64,000 nucleotides of DNA from Octopus sinensis. Lineage: Eukaryota. The position numbers were made by a program, and so were the translations under genes. Position 1 is the stretch's first letter, and each line of letters begins with the position of its first letter. The notes beneath the pieces are model-generated. The model had not been told where the DNA came from. It ran no database searches and worked only from the letters and a program-made list of their open reading frames with translations. The stretch is from NCBI RefSeq assembly GCF_006345805.1, contig NC_043018.1, forward strand, positions 1,302,001 to 1,366,000, in the 5' to 3' direction. Shown here piece by piece: positions 1-13,789 of this stretch.

Positions 1-157
1 GTGACATAGCGGTTCGGCAAAAGTACCTGTTCAATAAGTACCAGACTTTACAAAAACGTAGTAAGTACAGGGGTCGATATGTTCGACTAAAATCTTTCTA
101 GGTGGTGCCCCAGCATGGCCGTAGTCTAATGACTGAAACAAGTAAAAAATAAAAAGA
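1..157 (+). mobile_element. SINE family A, 3' part (window edge)
   Basis: Matches the 3' half of the copies at 27630, 37931 and 57307 (gcggttcggcaaaa...cagcatggccg...gactgaaacaagtaaaa). Confidence 0.85.
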
Positions 158-439
158 TTCTATGATTTAACCAACCACACATTTCGCTCAATGCTGTGTT
201 GCATAAATGCAGTAACAAATTTTCTGCATATACCCAGACACAAACGCACATACACATATATAAACATACACAAATTCATGCACACAACACACACATACAT
301 ACATATATGAAAGAACTATTTGTTTGCCAGGACTTGAACTCCTATTTCGAATCTTCCATAAGATTAACACATGTCCTGCAATTAGGGATTTTCTTTTTTG
401 ACTAATGGGATTATAATTTTAGTGTTAAATTTAGAGCTA

Positions 440-560
440 TTGCGTTGTCCGGAAAGTTCGTGCCGATTTATAGCAGCTTAAATTTCGACTTATTTTAGAA
501 CATAGTTGAGTCCATAAAATAGGATTTCACTACACCTCCATTTAGAACAGAGTTTAAGCT
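440..560 (+). mobile_element. Mariner-type TIR remnant
   Basis: TA followed by ttgcgttgtccggaaagttcgtg resembles the TIR of the MITEs at 35035 and 36245 (ttaggttgtcccaaaagttcgta); no partner TIR seen and the right boundary is approximate. Confidence 0.4.
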
Positions 561-876
561 ATCTTTTCGTGGAAGAACGTTTATGTTCCTATAACCTGTG
601 TTAATTATCAAATGATATAAAAAGAGAGTTCATGATGGTTTTGCTCGGGAGCCTGTTTAAAAGTCTAATTCAAGAAGGTTTTTTTTTTTAAGTATATCGG
701 TGAAGTTACTAAGTGTTAATAAGATTACTTAGAGTTCTAGTTCCCAGTTTCCAAGCAATTGCGTAACACTTCCTGGGTCATTGGCAGATTTCACCACGCA
801 TCACTCACAAATACACACGCATACACACACACACGTTTATGTATACAGTAAGATAGATAAGCAGAGAGATCGATAG

Positions 877-922
<46 letters not shown>

Positions 923-958
923 TATACACACACACACCACACGCACATATATATATTA

Positions 959-990
<32 letters not shown>

Positions 991-1267
991 TTATATAAAG
1001 AGAAAGGAAGACAAACAGAAAGAATGTGAGAGACAGATATACAGACAGTCAGACGGAGACAGAGTGATTACAAGACAGACAGAAATATCGGCACGTGTAG
1101 GCTTTTCTGAATATTCGTGCATATTTGTGACATATACATAATACAAATATTCGCAAATAAATGTATAATATTCATGTATATATAATAAAGAAAATATAAT
1201 CATAAAATTCGTCGAAATAGTCACGAACGAAAAGAATTTCATAATAATCCATTGGAGACTACCTATA

Positions 1268-1268
1268 A

Positions 1269-1312
<44 letters not shown>

Positions 1313-1341
1313 TATTATTATATTATTATTATTATTATTAT
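1268..1341. repeat. (ATT)n microsatellite
   Basis: Direct reading. Confidence 0.97.
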
Positions 1342-1598
1342 CAACATTAGTATTAATAATAATGTTCCAGTATTGATTGATGCCAGATATCATATATGCA
1401 CACATGACTTCAGCACATTCTCTGAAACAGAGTAAACCATATCGATAGTTGTATTATTTTTTAATGAGAAATAATATATATATTCGTTTTATTTGGGCGG
1501 ACTATAATTATCTTTAATTACATTTCGTACGTGAAGCCTTTCACTCGCCAGATTTTTTTTTTTAATTTGTAATTTTTTTCATTTCTTATTTCGTTCAG

Positions 1599-1614
1599 CA
1601 GTTTACCGAAAAAG
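1599..1614 (+). other. Candidate 16-nt (or 13-nt NAGNAG) microexon
   Basis: U-rich tract from 1553, then ttcag|CAGTTTACCGAAAAAG|gtaatt. Confidence 0.3.
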
Positions 1615-1666
1615 GTAATTGTAGATCATTTCAATTTCAAACAAATTGCTTAAAAATTATTTTCAG

Positions 1667-1668
<2 letters not shown>

Positions 1669-1739
<71 letters not shown>

Positions 1740-2387
1740 TTATCTATATATCTGTCTATCTATCTCACTCTCTCTGACTCACTCTGTCTCTTTCTATACA
1801 TATGTATGTGTGTATGTGTGCGTGTATGTACATATATATGTATATATAAACACAAATATATACATATATATGTCACACATATATATGTTACATGCATATA
1901 TTATATATATATATATTTATATATATATATTATTATATATATATATAATATTATATATATATAGCATATATATATTTACTTACATATATATATATAATAT
2001 GTATATACATATATTATATATATACTATATATATATATAAATATATATACTTGTAAATGTATATATCTGTACCCACGCATATATATATATAAATATATTT
2101 CTTATTTGTTTATAATACTATATGATTATTTATAAATATACATATGTATAGGTATATATTTAATATATATGCAAATATAGATACGTATGTATATGTATAT
2201 ATGTATATATATATATAATATTATATATATATATATATATATCTATATATTATGTATGTATTTATATATATATATATTTATATATTTATATATTATGAAA
2301 AATTATTTAGATTTCAATTTGTTATTTTATTATTATTATTTTATTTTTACATTATTATTTTTAGTAGTAGTAGTAGTAGTAGTAGTC

Positions 2388-2431
<44 letters not shown>

Positions 2432-2432
2432 C

Positions 2433-2492
<60 letters not shown>

Positions 2493-2516
2493 GTTAGTAG
2501 TAGTAGTAGTAGTAGT

Positions 2517-2559
<43 letters not shown>

Positions 2560-2560
2560 C
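1669..2560. repeat. Compound microsatellite block (CT)n, (TA)n-rich, (TAG)n/(ATT)n
   Basis: Direct reading; explains the poly-I/Y/V/L ORFs. Confidence 0.95.
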
Positions 2561-4554
2561 AGTAGTTTTGGTTTTGCTTGAATTCGATTTGTTTTCGTTT
2601 TTATTCCAATCTCGTTACATATTTTCCGATGTTTTTTTTTTTTCATTTTTTTTTCTAAAAAAAAAAAAGTTAGATATTTCATAAATGGCAGTTATTTATT
2701 TGAAAAGAAATATTGAAATTTACCAGACTCATAACATTTATATTACATTACAGACCCATATACTACATACATCCAGACATTTATTAAATTTATTGACTTA
2801 CCATAAGAATAAATATTATATTATATTGCCGGCCCATAGCCCACATAGTTGACAGCCATATATTAAAATTGTTGATTTAGCATAGCCATGTGTTACAATA
2901 CAGGTGATAAACTTACATTTATTAGAGTTATTCAATTACCAGTTATATCTGATGGCTAATGTTACAGACATGCATTTTCATTGAAATTTTTCGTCTAACA
3001 GTTTTATAAATATTGCTTTATGTTAGCTGTGTTCACCATAAATAAAAGAAAAAATAATATGATTATTAAAATTATTGACATACAGGATTTCTGTAATGGT
3101 CATATTACGTTACTTGCCCATAGCCTACATAAATTATGGTCATTTATTTCAGTTAATATGTGTTACCTTGACATCAGAGAAATATGGTGATATATTGCAT
3201 TTCATAACTCTGTCATTTACAAAGTTGAAATACATGCATTAGCATTTATGTGTAGAAGAGGTAGGCATACGTTTTATGTTTTATAACTTCTGAATCCCAT
3301 CATCTACAGAAATCAAAGTGATTCATTCAGCCACACACACAAACGTTTATCTAAATATGTGTATATATACTCATACGTAAATAAATGGAGACTGATACAC
3401 ACATAAGAGAGAGAGCGAAAGAGAAATAGGTAGATAAATACACGGGCAGATAAATAGATATATACATACATGCATACATACATACATATATAGGTAGATA
3501 AATAGGTAGAGAAATAGGTAGATAAATACACGGGCAGATAGATAGATATATACATACTTACATACATACATATTTACATACATACAGTACATGCATTGAT
3601 ACATACATATATACATACATAAAAGTAATACAAATTTAGACCAAATTGGATGAATCTATTAGAAAAAACAACAAGCCCCTTCCATGTTTAGGAAATGTTG
3701 TCTGAGTGAAAATCTTACCGTAATATGAAATTCTGTAACGGAAACCCATGTTCCATTTGGATTTTTTCAAAGGGGTAATAGAAGTAAATGTACAATATTT
3801 TCGCTTTACAGAATTGAACGTTAAATCAAAATTTTCATTTGCACGAAATTTATGAAACCGTGAGTGATAACTGTACTAGCAAATACAGACTGAATTAAAA
3901 TATAAATATAGAATGGTAACAACTCGTAGTTGCTGTAATTTAATTTATCAAAGGGGTGTTTCTATATAAATTTGCAGAGATGAGGCAGGTAGACAACGAG
4001 GGTATGGCAAAACACTTTAAGATTATCGCTGTGGCCGGGTCGGAGACCCAACTATGCAAGTATTTTTACAGGGCCTAGAAAAACTGAATGACTGCTGCAG
4101 TAAGTGTGGGAATCGCAGAGGGAAATATATGGCATAATGTCATCATTAATTGATCTCCAGTATTATATGAAACTCGAAGCCAGGAACTGTTCAGCTCCCA
4201 GCCGTATATTGTTGCTTCGCATTTCCCCATTTTCGACCATCAATTTTATTGGTTACTATCTGGGATTCCAGAAAGCTAGTGAGATCTATCGATATGGACG
4301 GCAACGGATTAACCATGAAGCAAAAGATAGATAGATAGATAGATAGATAGACAGATAGATAGGTAGATAGATAGATAGATAGATTGATAGGTAGATAGAT
4401 AGATACATACATACATACATACATAGACAGACATACAGACAGATAGATAGACAAGATACTTAAGAGTGAATAATTTGAGTGTATAGTTGCACAGATATAC
4501 TTATGTATAAACTTATGTATGTATACAAGTATTATATATATACATGCAGATACA

Positions 4555-4950
4555 TAGGCACAGACGTGGCTGCGTGACCAGAAATTTGCTTCCTAACCAA
4601 ATGGTTCCGGGTTCAGTACCACTGCGTGGCACCTTGGGTATCTTCTGCTGTTGCCTTGGGTCGAACAAAGCCGTGAGTAGATTTGGTATACGGAAACTGA
4701 ATGAAGCCTGTGATATATAAAAATCGTATATATAAAAATCTATGTATGGGTGCCTGATTTTCTGTTTCAGTGCACTACCTCGTAACAATCGCCATTGTTT
4801 TGCTCACCGCACTGTAAATTAGCGGTCAGTAGAAGAACCGATACAATAAGTTGCACACTTAAAAAGAAATTATGGGAGTCAATTTGCGTGACAGAAATCT
4901 TCAAGGCACTGTGACGGCATGAGCACACTCTTATGACTGCAAGCATAGTA
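4555..4950 (+). mobile_element. SINE family A, diverged copy
   Basis: Head gtggctgcgtg...ggttccgggttcagtaccactgcgtggcaccttggg and recognisable 3' part. Confidence 0.75.
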
Positions 4951-5111
4951 GGCAAGTATAATGTTATAGTATGCTATAATATTATAGTATGCTATACTAC
5001 AATATAATATAACATAATTTAATACAATATAATATCAAATAATATAATATAATAGGAAATGACATAATACAATATAACAATGAGATATTATAAAACAACT
5101 ATATGTATATG

Positions 5112-5144
<33 letters not shown>

Positions 5145-5746
5145 GTGTGTGGTGTGTGTGTGTAGGTGTATATATATATATATATATATCCATATATACA
5201 TATAATGTTATATATATTTTTTGCTATCTAGCAACATATGTGTATGTGTCTGTGTCTGTGTGCATGCGTGTGTGAATGTGTGTGTTTGAGTGAAATTGTG
5301 TGGTCATGCATGTGTGAGTGTGTGTGTGTGTGTTGTGTGTATGCCTGCATTTTCGATTACAAGTCAAACGTAAAACGCAAGGCATACGTAAGTGAAACAC
5401 GCCACTAAATTGCTTGAGACAATCATGCGGTGCTGAGAGCGAAACCGTCCATTATCCCAGCGTGGAAGGCATCGGTGAAGTAAAGACATTATTGTCGGGT
5501 AATTCGCAATTCGAATAATATTCAAAGTATTCAACTAAGAAGGGATATTTGAATATGGTTTAAAGGAATACTAAAAGATTACGAGTGTTTTTCACGTGTC
5601 GCACCAATTATTTCCTTCGGGGCTTTTATTTCGATGCAAGCTTCATACATTCTTTGCAATTCTGATTTTAATATCTATAACTGTAAGTAATACTTCGAAC
5701 GTCTTTCAGCTATGCACTGTTCTTGATTGATAGCTTCGGGGCTCAC

Positions 5747-5848
5747 TGACATATATCAGTTTACACATCTGTATTATGATTGTAATTTCACTTCCAGGAG
5801 GCGGATGGATTACCCAACATGTCATTGTCCACTCGCTTGGAAAATTGC
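5747..5848 (-). CDS. Candidate exon with a weak CUB-domain-like N-terminal half
   Basis: cttcag|...|gtgagc, 102 nt, phase 1-1, encodes GNFPSEWTMTCWVIHPPPGSEITIIIQMCKLIYV. Loosely resembles the CUB pattern NYP..Y....CxWxIxAPPG.xIxL but spacing is imperfect. Overlaps a plus-strand candidate exon. Confidence 0.25.
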
Positions 5849-5969
5849 CTGAAGAGCATGTGAGGTTCACGGTGTATTGAGTAAGTATTAATGTCGAAAC
5901 TGTCAACGAAACCATTGTAGCAACACTTGAAATCATTTCATATATACATGTACAAATATACATACATGC

Positions 5970-6018
<49 letters not shown>

Positions 6019-6149
6019 CATATATATATTGGTATTTTAATCTTTATTAAGTATAATAATTCCTCTAAGGTACGGTTTCTATTCCTGTAAGTTTAATTTG
6101 TGAATATGTATTAGTTGTTTAAACAGTGTACTTTGACTTCGGTGACGAG

Positions 6150-7512
<1,363 letters not shown>

Positions 7513-8699
7513 GGAATCGCCACATAAACCATAAAATGGTGAATGTATCAAAGCCATGAAACATCCAGTAACACAAGGAACTGTATCAAATAACTCAGAA
7601 CAACTGTTCAACTTTACTGATTTTTCAAAGACACGGGAGATGCACAGTATTATAGAAAGAACATCTTTGATTTTATATAAGTGAGATTATCACGGATGGA
7701 ACGATTTTGATTAATGGTATACAGTTTAGAGTTGTTTTGATGTTAAACAATTATATAAAGCATTACATACCCGTATATCAATAGCTTTGTCTTAATTCTT
7801 CCTTAAAGAATATTGAAGACTTCATCGTCATTCTTCTCTTTGTGTATTTTTGTTGTTGTTTGTTGTCTGTCTGTGTAAGTTTGTGTACATATAAATGTAT
7901 TAAATGCGCATGTGTATGTTTTCCATTATCTACATATCTGCATAAATTAATAAACAATTCCGATTTTACGTTTGTTTTCTTTTCAAGCAACTCTTTCTTA
8001 TTTTCAAGTTATCACAGAAGAAAAAAAATGTAAAAGATTTTACAATTTTGTTAATTTCTCTTTGAAGTGAAAATGTATTTGATATTACATGTCTTCATAC
8101 ACAAACCACGGCGCAAAAAAAAGACAGCAGCAAAACAAATAATAATAATGAAAAAACAAAATTAAAACCGACGTAACTATATATTTGGTAGAAATTGGTT
8201 TACTTTTCAGTGGAAATATATATATAGTTTCACTGAATTTTATATTTTATTATAAAATAAATTTATTCTGTCGCTTTAGCTTTGTCAAACAATTTCCATT
8301 GTTATAAAGTAACAAAAACCGTTACCAGCTGTTTTTTTTCCCTCAATTTCTTTTTTTAAAAATTTATTCCTTTATATTTCCTTTTGTGTGCATCTCTGGA
8401 ATTTTTGTTTTGATAAAGTAGCGGGGTGTATTTGTTCTTTGTTTGTATATTTCTTAATATTACACATTTGTTAATGTTACATCTGGAAAAATAACGCTAA
8501 TGTGTTTTTAATGAAAATATCTCGGTTTGTTTGTAATGGATAAGTTCTTACTGTGAAATTGGTAACCCCCCACCCAACAACCCACGCACAGTCACACACA
8601 TATACACATATATATTTACACCCACAGACCCCCCTCACACACACAGAGAGGATTTTTCAAAATCATATGATACTCTCTTCGCTATATGCGCATTTCGAT

Positions 8700-8760
8700 T
8701 ACGTTGTCAACTTCCGATAGCGTGATGCATGCTGGGACTCTTACGTCAAAAGAAATGATT
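8700..8760 (+). promoter_or_regulatory. Promoter-like motif cluster (ETS, ZNF143-like half site, CRE-like)
   Basis: ACTTCCG 8710-8716, GCATGCTGGGA 8727-8737 and TTACGTCA 8741-8748 within 40 bp of CpG-containing, apparently unique sequence. Confidence 0.35.
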
Positions 8761-9044
8761 CATTGTTAACAAAACAGTATAGCAATAACGAAAGAAGATC
8801 CGAGGCGCTGAAGATTATCATAAAAAACCTCCTACGGCTATCGTACAATATCTTTAAGCAAGTAACGTATTTTTTTGTGAAAGCGAAAAAACCTGTTTGT
8901 CCCTTTTTATTGTAACTTCGTTGAATGTTAGCTTCGGTAGGTTGTCGTTATGCTTGTATGCTTGAATATGTTCATGTCCAAGCCTATAACAGCAGATGTG
9001 GTTCCGGTTTTAAGAACCTAAATTTTCAGGATCTTTTTTAAAGA

Positions 9045-9263
9045 TCTACAAGGAGCTACACACAGAGGAGACAAACAAGAACAGACAAACGGATTAAGTC
9101 GATTAAATCGACGCCAGTGCGTAACTGGCACTTGTTTAATCGACCCCGGAAGGACGAAAGACAAAGTCGACCTCGGCGGAATTTGAACTCAGAACGTAGC
9201 GGCAGACAAAATACTGCTAAGGGTTTTGCCCGGCCTGCTAACGATTCTGCCGCACGCCACCTT
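9045..9263 (-). mobile_element. SINE family C
   Basis: Matches units at 18362, 26169-27055 and 48875 (ttaagtcgatta...aaagtcgacctcggcggaatttgaactcagaacg). Confidence 0.9.
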
Positions 9264-9649
9264 ATCAAGTGAATATTAGTAACGTTTCTATGAATACAAT
9301 AAATCATGTGAAAGGCACTTCTACCGATTATCCATGGCGACTGCTTAAAACGAGGAATTTATCAACAGACGAAATAGAATAGCACCTAATTTCGTGGGAG
9401 GGGACCACTGTTCATGAAACAATCGGAGATTAGAAGCAGGTACTAATAACGTAAAAAAAAAATCAAGAGTTTGCAATATTATTACAAGCGAAGACAGGGA
9501 GCTGGCAGATTCGGTAGCACCCCAGGAAAAAGGCTTATGTATGTAGATATATATATGTATAAGTAATAATAAATTTCCGAGCGAGGTATAAACAGCAGCT
9601 GCATGACATCGTGAAGTATATTTGCATCTAAAATGTGATTAACCCTTAA

Positions 9650-9782
9650 GGGTTGATGTTACTGTAGCTTGTAGCCCCAGGAAGACATCTCTTCCACCTG
9701 GCTATTGACATACTTTTTGTGCCCTATCAGCTGGAGGAGATGATTTCTTCTTGCAGCTAAAAACTACAGTAGCATCAACTCT
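9650..9782. mobile_element. Small foldback element or MITE
   Basis: gggttgatgttactgtagcttgtagc pairs with gctaaaaactacagtagcatcaactc; inner gaagacatctcttccacctgg pairs with cagctggaggagatgatttcttc. Confidence 0.6.
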
Positions 9783-9819
9783 GAATGGTTAGCCACATTT
9801 AAGTGGCAAATATATCTAA

Positions 9820-9859
<40 letters not shown>

Positions 9860-9932
9860 TAAATTAAAATGAGGGTGAAAAATTGGATATTAATTTGATA
9901 ACATCAATTTTAACATCAGTGGTCTAGCATAT

Positions 9933-10137
9933 GAGGGAATTTTACCAGTATGTGGCAAACCTTATGCTAGAAGAAGGTCCGCTATGATAACAAAAATATT
10001 TTTGTTACTTTTCATTTATCTAGCTCGCTTACGTTTCTGGTGTTTGCTAAATTTTCTACAGAACAATACTTAGTGGTTAAGACCATAGCGATTATTCTTC
10101 TAGCATAAGGGTTTCCACATAGTGGTAAAATTCCCTC
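9933..10137. mobile_element. MITE with ~55-bp TIRs
   Basis: gagggaattttaccagtatgtggcaaaccttatgctagaagaa...gctatg versus catagcg...ttcttctagcataagggtttccacatagtggtaaaattccctc. Confidence 0.75.
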
Positions 10138-10161
10138 TTATTTTCTTATATGTATATAATT

Positions 10162-10192
<31 letters not shown>

Positions 10193-10324
10193 TATACATA
10201 TATGACAAGATAGATAGGTAGATAGATATAGATGTAACAAATTCCAAACATACAGACACACTCGTATACGTACATACACACACAAGTATTCATCACGTAT
10301 ATGCGTGTGCGAGTGTGTGTTTTT

Positions 10325-10424
<100 letters not shown>

Positions 10425-10559
10425 ACGATTATCTGCCTGTGCGATGTGGCAGTCCTGGTTAGTATGATTGTAACTGTTATTTCAACCTCGTCTCCAGCTG
10501 GCTATGTGACAGCGTCCTTATATTTTTGAAGAAGGGTGCTACTCACCTCAAAGCAATAT

Positions 10560-10670
10560 CTGCGCACCAATGTTTTGTGGCTTGTTTCTCTTGATAAGCA
10601 CAGAATAACCACTAAACTTGTGTTCGAAATATATACTTTTCAAAGAGACACAGAGTACACTGATCTAATA
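10560..10670 (-). mobile_element. Penelope-like GIY-YIG C-terminal fragment
   Basis: Translates DQCTLCLFEKYI, the CxLCLxEK motif of PLE ORF ends. Confidence 0.5.
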
Positions 10671-11070
10671 AATAGAAAAATAGAATATTAAAAATATTCA
10701 GAAAAAGTGGGTAGTCTGAATTTTGGACAATTCTTTATTAGCGCTTTTGTGTCATGCATGACGTCGGAAACCTCTCGGATATCTGAAGAATCTCCATGAT
10801 TGTCACGAGGGTGCCAATAACTAATTATCCGTAATTCTGACTACCGAATTTTCCTTAATATCAAAAATGTTTTCGTCACTTCAAGCAATCGATACATGTA
10901 TATATGTTAACATACATACATTAATAACACACATACACACACACAAACACACACACTGACACATACACACAGGCACACAGACACAGACACACACATATGT
11001 GTGTTTTCCGTATATGCATGTATTTATGTGATCTGTGAGTGTGCGTCTGCCTAAATGCGGATGTCTGTAG

Positions 11071-11171
11071 GTACACCAAACAAAGCAGAATTAATGCTGT
11101 CACTTTCAGACCCAGGTGGTCGTTCTGCACTTTCCGTTTCTGAAGATGAACAAGTTCCACTGATGAAATGA
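11071..11171 (+). CDS. Candidate terminal coding exon of unknown product
   Basis: tgtctgtag|GT..., frame reads (G)TPNKAELMLSLSDPGGRSALSVSEDEQVPLMK*. No recognisable homology. Confidence 0.18.
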
Positions 11172-11349
11172 ATAATGACCCCGTATCTAATAATCGAATC
11201 TCGCGAGTAATATTGCCCCATATATCAAGCTACCTGTGGTTCAAGATCCTTGTGCCATCAATGCCTTCATAACTACTGCTATCTCAATTACCACCATGGG
11301 GACAATTCATATCATTTATATTGAAAGCAGATATATATATATATATATG

Positions 11350-11570
11350 TGTGTGTATTTCGCTTTGGGATTTGGTTTGCAAGATTCTCTACATGAGTTC
11401 GTGTGTTGAAGCATATTCTGTTGTGTCTGTGGGGAGTCATTCTCTTTTAGTGCCTTATTAGTTGACACACTCACGGTAAAATTTCCACTTATTTCTTATT
11501 TTTATTTTCTAAAATTTTCGTTGCGTCTTGCAACCTTTTCAATATGACTCTCCCCAGACTCAACAGTATA
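11350..11570. mobile_element. Interspersed repeat fragment (second copy inverted at 20670-20820)
   Basis: 11425-11540 is the reverse complement of 20685-20810; internal short inverted repeat ggggagtcat / atgactctcccc. Family not identified. Confidence 0.6.
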
Positions 11571-11618
11571 TATATATATATATATACACATACATACACA
11601 TATAAATATATATATAAT

Positions 11619-11650
<32 letters not shown>

Positions 11651-11684
11651 CAGAGAAAGAGAGAGAGATGGGGTTATTATCACT

Positions 11685-11880
11685 TATTTGTTTGAGTCAT
11701 TTTGGCTGTGGCCACACTGGAGCACCTAGTTGAAAGGTTTTGTGTTGAACAAATGATTACCGGGACTTATTTCTTTTTAGTACCCAAAACTTTTTCCATC
11801 GGTCTGTTCTGCTGTTACGGGGTCGTAAACACACCAACGCCGATAATGATATGTCGTTGGATGACAAACACAGACATAAT
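11685..11880 (-). mobile_element. SINE family A, 3' part, diverged
   Basis: ttgtttgagtcattttggctgtggccacactggagcacc...gtaaacacaccaac...gacaaacacagac. Confidence 0.7.
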
Positions 11881-12229
11881 GACACAATAGATATATATAT
11901 ATATATATATATATATACACGCATATATACATATATATATATATGTATATATATACACGCGCACCCACATATATCTGTAATGTGCGTATGCATATGGGAG
12001 TGTGTGTGTGCATTTGTGTTTCTGCTTATCCCCCCACCTCCACATGCCAACCGGCGTCGATGTTTTCGAGTCTCTGAAACATTAAAGCTTCGATAAAAAG
12101 GTTTCCAGTGGCATGTGCTAGTCGTTACATATAGGGTGGGGTGTCAGTAAAGTAGACGGTCATTAGATGGTCGTGTCTTACTTGTCTAACAGTAGAAGGC
12201 TTTCTTAAGAATTATGTCGACACACACAC

Positions 12230-12730
12230 AATAACTTTGCGATGCGAAATAAGCCACGCATTACAAAATACAAATCCAATAGTAGGATTGAAAACTAGTT
12301 CAAGCTTCAAAAAATATATACAATCCATATTGTATTTTAAATGTTGTTGCGTGTCTGCAGGAATTCTAGGGTTCGCGTCTTTGATTCAAAGCGCCTTTGT
12401 CCTGGAATTTTTCCAAGAGACACAAATTACATTTGATGGGTCTTTTATGCGTACCGTGTCTGTAAGGTGATGCTTTATCTAAAATTCTACATACCACGTT
12501 GAAAAGCCAGGTTTCATATTCTTTTAATTCCCAGACATATTTTGCCAGGCTGGTCTTTGTCTTATTTTCGGGGTATCGGAAGGAATTTCTATGAGAATAA
12601 AATCGGGCCTTGAAAGAATTTTCAGTAGCACCTATGTAAGTTCTATATTAAAGTAGGCCTTCTATTTGCACTTTGGCTCAATACAGGATTCCTTTCTCCA
12701 GACATTTTCCTTCTAATGGACAGGAGGTCC
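12230..12730 (-). mobile_element. Penelope-like element, GIY-YIG endonuclease remnant
   Basis: Minus-strand translation gives RTYIGATENSFKARFYSHRNSFR then KCNLCLLEKF...ALNQRREP*NSCRH, matching PLE GIY-YIG and C-terminal motifs. Confidence 0.85.
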
Positions 12731-12735
12731 CATTT

Positions 12736-12809
<74 letters not shown>

Positions 12810-12963
12810 ATATTATTATATATATATTTTATATTTTATATATTTTGTATATTATATTAATTAATTCTATTTCTATGTTTTGGTTTATGTTTTTCACTGT
12901 TTGATTTGCCTAATAGTGGTTTTATCTCTAGTTTAATTTTATATAATACACATATTATATATA

Positions 12964-13016
<53 letters not shown>

Positions 13017-13789
13017 GTGTGTGTGTGTGTCTGTGTGTCCGTTTGTGATTTGATGTCTTAGAGGTTGGTATTTCGTTTTTGATCAATTCCATTTTTTCTT
13101 GTTGAGATGCTAGGAACATACAATGAAAGTCAGTTTCCTTATATTGCTGCCGTTCTTCAAGAAAACTTCTGTTATATCACGAGCGAAATTAATTGTACTT
13201 CCGAAATTTTTCTCAACAATTTTTATACTTTTTCTTGAATGTTTCTCTGTCAATTTCTTTTTTCAGATTATTAATTTTGGTTTCACAGTTCTTCACAAGT
13301 TCTCGTTGAAATTTTGTAATAACTTTATCATCAATTTTTCATTTGTTTACCTGTCGCAAACTGTGAAAATTATATTTTTCCTCGAAAGAAAATCACATAT
13401 GATGTACATAACAACATCCATATACAAATATTGCGAAACGAGACAGAATGTAATTGCAAACCATATATTAACAAACAAAATGTCTAAAGACAAAAGAAGC
13501 TGAATCATGTGGCATATATCAAACACTGGTGACAAGTGATTATATAATTTTAATTCCACATTATGGATGAAGGACTGTGCTATGAACATTTTAAAAAAAT
13601 CTGTTGGAAAAAATGGTCGGGTGAAGTTCGACTTGAGACAATTTCAATCAGTAAACATGTGTGCAGCGATTTATTTATGTTATTGTAGGATTTTCTTTTG
13701 AAAGTTTCACAAATTGTTGAACCTTGCATTAGGACAAACTCACAACAACTCGGACAAGTAAACCAGTCCATTCAGTGGGGTTTCTGTTG

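Noticed and set aside
3950-4325. GC-richer block with short ORFs (KLNDCCSKCGNRRGKY)
   Set aside because: Probably a retroelement fragment next to (GATA)n, but the motif is insufficient for any call.
7809-7874. 66-nt exon candidate NIEDFIVILLFVYFCCCLLSVC|gtaagt
   Set aside because: Weak AAG acceptor, and the second half is low-complexity TTG/GT repeat.
12090-12180. Possible hammerheads downstream of the GIY-YIG fragments (minus strand CTAATGA...GGAAAC; also near 10440)
   Set aside because: Too degenerate; stems cannot be drawn.
12361-12460. Apparent plus-strand exon gcag|GILGFASLIQ...RTVS|gtaagg, and ttttcag|10 nt|gtaagt near 12625
   Set aside because: Both lie in the antisense strand of a clear Penelope GIY-YIG remnant.
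13080-13780. 126-aa plus-strand ORF and coiled-coil-like minus-strand peptide
   Set aside because: The minus frame is broken by stops and has no recognisable motif; probably old TE but not assignable.
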